A program made the position numbers and the translations under genes. Below the pieces are notes generated by a model. The model made no database searches. It was not told the origin of the DNA and was given only the letters and a program-made list of their open reading frames with translations. A stretch of DNA of 57,893 nt, the filler included, from Sphacelaria rigidula (Eukaryota): the NCBI GenBank assembly GCA_964200075.2. It is 9 parts of 9 records of this genome, joined end to end, with 100 filler letters (N's around TTAATTAATTAA, not from the genome) between each part and the next. Parts side by side here need not be neighbours in the genome. Positions count along the whole stretch, not along the records: positions 51,551 to 57,893 come from CAXNAA020020648.1; 8 more parts are not named here. One strand, given 5' to 3'. This document shows positions 51,826 through 57,893 of the stretch, in pieces; the first letter of the stretch is position 1; every line of letters begins with the position of its first letter.

Positions 51826-54800
51826 GACAACTGAAGCACATAAACGACTTGCGTCTCGCGACGAACTCGCCCAGTCGCACGCCAAGTGCTTAGAACAGCA
51901 GCATCGCACGTTCAAGTGGAAGCGAAGGGTGGAGCGGGAGACGAGGTTTTTCAACGGCCGGGCGCTCACCGGTCAATACCAGCGGTGAAAACATAATTTC
52001 GATGTTTTTTTTTCACGCGCCTCGCGTTTGGCACTGCATCATCCCCGTCCTCTTTCGGTTGCGCTATCACACTTGATACCACGGTCGGGGAGGGGAGGGC
52101 GATTCGCGCTTTTAGTGCCATTTTTTATATAGTGGCGGTTGTTGCTTTTGCATATGCAACAAGAAACCGCAATGCATCTAGTACAAGGGCCTCGGGAGAG
52201 CCCCGGCTGTGGGGGAGGGGGAGGGGAGGAGGCGGGGGGGGGCGTGCTCATTTGTTGCTTGCCTTAGTCTTTTGACAATTGATCATGCATCCCTTTCGAG
52301 ACGGAGCACGAGAGGGGGAGGAGGGGGAAGAGAACAAAGGCCCTGAACATGGACGCAGTAACCCAAACCAATGCTGAGCACATATTATGCATAGAGGATG
52401 GACGCACTAAGTGATCCCGTTCGCTTGCGGGCTTGCCTGACACTACAACTCAAAACTCGATTTTCGAGCACACATGAGTGCCGGCGGTGTTCGAAAGGCT
52501 CCCCTGTGCCTCCCTGCTGCACTAGTTTATGTTGAGACTTCCTGCTTGAGCCCCCTGGTAGGCTCTCTACAAGTGATTCTCTCGGACGCGACACGACCGG
52601 CCCCATTCTGAAACACAAAAGAAAATGGAATCTATCGGAAACCTCAAGGTGGGAGACCGACTGGATACATCCGCGCTTGTACACGCTGTACTTTGAGCGT
52701 TTGGTGGACATTCTGGTCAACAGGGCTGAGCTCATTGGTGCCGAAAGGCAAACGATGAAGGTGCGCAGGGGGGGGGAGCGGGGGGTACTCATGATATTGC
52801 ATGCCGTAGCCACACGAGAAAGACCATTGATCTGATTCCCTCAGAGCGGAGATGGAGAACGCCGGGTTTTCGCCCGATCAGGCTCGGCGGGGGGAGGGGG
52901 GGTCGGGGCAGGGCCAGCCTTGGGCTATTTCCTGAGGGATTTCTTGAGTGCACCGATGTCTCTTCAGTCGGGGCGTCGCTTCACAGCGTGCTCCGGAGGA
53001 TGTACAAATTACGATTTACATTGCGAATACACAGACTACCTGCCTGTCCGCGTTATTGTTCATTGCGGTTGGGTTTCGGTTCGCGTATGTGTTCGTGTAA
53101 TCCAGACCATTGGACGCATAGGCAACCAGTGTGGTGAATTCTTTTGAAGAGTCTATCCTCGTAGCCCGCCCGTGCACAGGCACAACACAAAATTGTATCC
53201 TGTGAGGTTTTCATCAGCAAACCATGCACATCTCCACGAAAGACGCGGTCCATACATAGTCGAATGAACGCGAAAAATGTCGGGTATCGAAGATAGAGAT
53301 AGTCAGTGCGAGGCAGATATTTGCCACATTTTACTAAAACTATTACTCCGAACTGCGCGCGCCTTTTTTTCGTATATACGATGCACACAACGTATGCGAA
53401 GAGTCTGACCACCAGCAAGTAAGCTGCCGCAGATTCCCAGTCGTTTTGTAATCTCCCTATGAAGAAAAAAAAAACAACGGTGCTGCGCCCCTTGTGTGAT
53501 GAACAACAACCAATCAATCGCGGACGTGCAGATCCACGATCGCCTGGTGAAAACGTCGCGAGAAATAGACAAGAAGCACGCACTAACGGCGAAGCTCTGG
53601 AAAAAGCAGAGGAGAAGGGAACTGATTTACCTCAGAAGGTCGGAGCTGGGCAAGCGGATGTTCGGGCGATCACAAAAGTCGGTGTTGAAGAAGGTGATGA
53701 GCAAATGCCAGTAAACGTGGAAATCAATGCATGCATGCAAGTGCGCAAAATTCGCTATTTGTACGAAACGGCTTTGAGACTATACTCACGAAGAAGGAAA
53801 CGGGAGCTCCAAAGGAACAATGAGCTGCTAAGAGACTGTCTTGGGGTTAGCGGTGTTATTTATGGGTCTGTTTTTTCCGCCGGGAATATCCGGGGGGGGG
53901 GGGGTTATTCGAAACATGTGAGAGCAGATTTCCTGACCGGGTCAAGCAATGGATCAATTTAAGGCTGCCTATAGATTTCTCCAAAAAAATGGGGTCGTTT
54001 CTTGTTTCATCATCTATTTTTTTGAGTGTCGGAAACAAAATACAATATTTCGGGAAAAAAACTTTTAAAGTCTGAAGAAAATGCCTGGTTAACTGAACCT
54101 GGTACCGGTGTATTGCTACTTTGCTCGTCCTCTATACGAAAATGAAGACCACGTTCCTTCCGGAGCAGATCGCTTGATTTCCCTGGGATAGCATATGAAT
54201 GCCAACGCCACGCAATATTTTTTGAGGGCATTCAAGATGTTGACACGTGTAAGAAGACATGCATCAAAGGGAATCGGTTTTCCAGGTGCTCGTGTTCATC
54301 TACGCGTGTTTGCGCGAATCAGTTCGCTGATATACTTCGCTTGTTGTGCTATTATGCGCGCGTTTAGACTCTGTGATGGATATATATATATATATATATG
54401 CATGTACGCGGGCGTAGTCAAGCCGATCTTTTTGCTGCGTACCGAAAAGTAAGCGCTTGATCTAATTCCTATATATGCGCACGATTGACGAAAATAATGG
54501 ACGGTGAGGTAAGTACCTCGTTTCCCAACCGCAGTCATCTGTGAACTGTTGGATAAAGCGAGTGAGTTCACCAATTTCTGCGTCCACTGTACGTGAAAGT
54601 TCTTTCATACATGGCCATTTATCTGCATGCGATACCCAAGATGTTGTTTTGTCCTCCGACGTCGGAACGCTTGATCCCTTACCTCGACCCTCTTCGCGTG
54701 ATCGCTGAATGTTTTGGTTGGACGAAAACAACCCGTCCAAAAAGGTGTTTGAGGGGTGGAGAGATTTCCACCTGTGGTTGCGCGGCATGCGCGAAGAGTT

Positions 54801-56074
54801 CCAACTCAAGTACGGTGTCATCAAGCAGGTACGTTCGGACGTACGTACGTCCACGCGAGACTTTTGTTTTTATATCAACCCTTTGACCTCCATTTATTGC
54901 CTCGACTACGTACTCTTACTTCTATATATCCCTGTATCAGTGTCCAGTAGTGTTTTCGGGGAATATTCACAACGGCGAATAAATTGGCACACTTTCCCCC
55001 ACCATCTTGTACCCGCTGAATGAGACATTCAGCCGAGACACACCCCGACGGTCGGTGTGGTCATGGTGATGAACCCCCTTGGCCGTCAGACGGTTAAACG
55101 GGACCCCCTCGAAGGCGAACGTTTGGCGGGTTCACTGACGGCGACGACGACCACGACAGCGACAACGACCACAACAGCAGTAGAAACAAAATACACAGCA
55201 AACAGTCAATAAACCAATCGATCGACCCGCCTTTTACTCGAAAGTTTCCTCATTTTCTTTTCTGTCCTCTTCGGCAGGAATTGGACCTGAACAGAGCGTA
55301 CATCGAGATTGACGAAGGCTCACAGCGCCTGGAAAACACGAGGCCTCCGGTCGGCAAGGAGGGTGCTCTGCCGCAAACCCGCAAAACTCTACTTCAGCGA
55401 TTCAAGGTCGGAAGAAAATACCCTTGTCTCCCGTTCGTCGAAACAGCGACGGCCGGGAGGTTGTCGTCGCTGTTTTTTTGGATGGTGGAACAGGATAACC
55501 AGCCTCGGGGCGAGGGGGGATGGGGGGGCGTACTCATTCGTTGCTTGCCTTAGTCGTTTGACCGTTGACCACGCATCCCTTTCGAGACGGAGTATATATA
55601 TGGGGGGGAGTGTATTCATGATCTCATGCCGTAGTCATGAGACCATTGACCTCACATCACTATGACCTCATATCCCTAAGAAGCCGGGACGGAGCACGCC
55701 GGGGTTTCGCTGGGCCAGGCTTGCGGAGAGGGTTGTAGTCATAATCTTGCATGCCGTAGTCGTAAGGCCATTGACTTCGCATCCCTACGAAGCCGGGGCG
55801 GAGCACGCCACGTTTTCGCCGAACCAGGCTCGCAACCACCAAGTGCCTCGAGGGCGGGGGAACTTGCGTGTTTGAACTAGCATTGCGTTACATAGCTGCC
55901 TCGTTCTGGTCGAACAGCATAGGACAGATGGGGATGGGCGGCGACGGGGCGGGCCGGCGGGCCGGGGCCGGGCCGGTGGGGTGATTGGGAGCGTGGTACG
56001 GCGTGGATAGCGCGGACGTAAGAACGCGCCAACCGTGTGTACCTATACATATAGTTCCTAGACCTACGTGCTGT

Positions 56075-56115
<41 letters not shown>

Positions 56116-57054
56116 TGTGTGTGTGTGTGTGTGTGCTTACTTTGATAATCAAGCACAGCACGATGACAAGGGTCTCTCTTCTCCTGTTCGTACCCTCCTC
56201 GTCACTCAATCTGATCGATCGAGGAATATCAATAAACTATAGTCACATAGTCGATGAGAGTGTTCCCTTTTTCCTCATGTCCCTACGGTGCCATTTTTCA
56301 ACGAAATAATTTCTTTCCGCTGTCCTCGACGGACACATGTGAGGGAAAAGATCCCTCCCTACCTGTGGTAGAATGGGAGACTTTACGTACCGCCAGAAGC
56401 GTGGTGGATATACGTGAAGATTACGGATATCTCGTTGGCTTAGGACGATGGAAGTCACATCATGCTTCGGACGATGGGAATCACATCGTGATGACGGCGT
56501 ATTAACATCATGATTGCATCAAACACTTTCCCCGACACTGTGACCGTCGTTCAGTCTCTAGTGTAGACCCCACTATGCTCTAGGCTTCATGGCCTGCAGT
56601 GCGTTGGGGTTAGGGTTCGGGTTACGATGGGGTTGGGTTGGTTTGATGGCAAGCTCAATAGTCACAAGAGTGAATACTTTGTAGAGCGCCTTCGTCACAT
56701 TGGCTGGTGGTTTGGATTGACGCAAGAGCCCCCCCCCGATGTTCATACTGTACTACCCACGTTCACCTGTTTTCCTCTTGTTTACATATTGATACATATA
56801 TATATATATATACACACACTATTTGCAAAAAATAAATAAATTGAACCTGCTCTTTGCTGTCTTGTTGTTATCGTGTGTTGTTGGATTGGATACACATGCA
56901 TCACTCAGGAACGACCAATCCGATGTCGAAATTGTCAGTCGTTTTACATGGAGAGTCAGAACAACGACTTCAGCTGTACTTACCACCCGGGAGAGTACAA
57001 GCGGGCTTGTCCGCGAAGCTGCCCGGGCTTGACGGAAAAGTGCATGAGTCACAG
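51826..57054 (+). CDS. Uncharacterised helical protein with Cys/His (CHORD-like) motif, partial; exons 51826-51984, 52649-52760, 53532-53693, 54745-54828, 55278-55406, 56909-57054
   Basis: Six exons join in phase through GT-AG introns: GQYQR-WETDWIHPRLYTLYFERLVDILVNRAELIGAERQTMK-IHDRL...SVLKK-VFEGWRDF...VIKQ-ELDLNR...QRFK-ERPIRCRNCQSFYMESQNNDFSCTYHPGEYKRACPRSCPGLTEKCMSHR. Confidence 0.8.
56078..56135 (+). repeat. (TG)n microsatellite (short (TA)n tracts at ~54380-54398 and ~56796-56812)
   Basis: Visible directly. Confidence 0.95.
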
Positions 57055-57781
57055 GTGAGAACCTCAGACGAGAGTTTTCTTCGCCGCAAGGATGCAAGTA
57101 CTGGGATACGAGTCTTCATCGGCTCGTGAAAGCCGTGTGCACGATCCAGAGACTCCGGAGGGTCTAGCATTTCGCGCCGTCGACTCGACCGGCAATTCAG
57201 ACGTTTGATAGCTCCGACTGAATAAATTACGTTTCTTGTTTTTATCCATTTTGAGACGACGGGACGCTCTTGCTCTACCTTGGAATCAATATGGTGGCTG
57301 CAAGTAATATCGCTCCGTTTGTAAGGCCCACCTACACTTGATTTTTGTTTGTTGGTATTCTTCCGCTCGTACTTTTTTTACACGGAGACTTGGCGGCTCT
57401 ACGAGAAGAGAAGTCATTAGTTCCCACTCACGAAACAAGGTCCTCGGTATCATGGCGAGAAATTACAGCTGCTTTGTATTCTCTGTTCACCTTAGTGGAT
57501 GATTACGTTTTCAACGTTATTTCATAACCCCTTCTGTTTCGACAAAAGCAGCCGAAAAAGAGACAAATGATAAACTAATAATGCCATGACATCAAAGGTG
57601 TAGGTTGTGCCCCTGTTCCACTTGCGCGTGCACCTGGCCGCTCTGGCAAACATGTTTTCGGAGGTTTTGTCAATGCTTTTCTCCACCGCACTCCTAACGC
57701 CCCCTCCTTCACCCCGGCTCCGTCTCGAAAGGGATACGTGGTCAATGGTCAAACGATTCAGGCAAGCGAAAAATGAGTACC

Positions 57782-57829
<48 letters not shown>

Positions 57830-57893
57830 CCGCCTTTGCCCCCCTTCTCCGCCCCGGCCGCGCCCCACACCCCCCCGCTCCCGCCCCTGCGTG

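Overview
Eukaryotic genomic DNA, most consistent with a brown alga (Phaeophyceae, Ectocarpus-like; inferred from short GT-AG exons in long repeat-rich introns, an axonemal dynein, a Pmp-repeat protein and the repeat families). The window is not one locus. It is nine contigs of 6343-6345 bp joined by eight artificial 100-bp N44-TTAATTAATTAA-N44 spacers, so neighbourhoods across spacers carry no meaning. Genes reconstructed by hand-splicing: an aminoacylase-1 (M20 family); a minus-strand gene with an SH2 domain split over three exons and invisible in the ORF track (the most interesting item); a GGAI/FxxN Pmp-repeat protein; a C-terminal dynein heavy chain fragment; a DUF1365 first exon head-to-head with a possible Asp/Asn beta-hydroxylase; and an uncharacterised protein with a Cys/His (CHORD-like) motif. 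The remainder is mostly mobile DNA: copia, hAT and LINE relics, tRNA-derived SINEs, several foldback MITEs with different target-site duplications, and about ten short retroelement-like 3' ends, most ending in and sitting next to poly(C) rather than poly(A). All calls come from reading the sequence by eye; no database searches were run.
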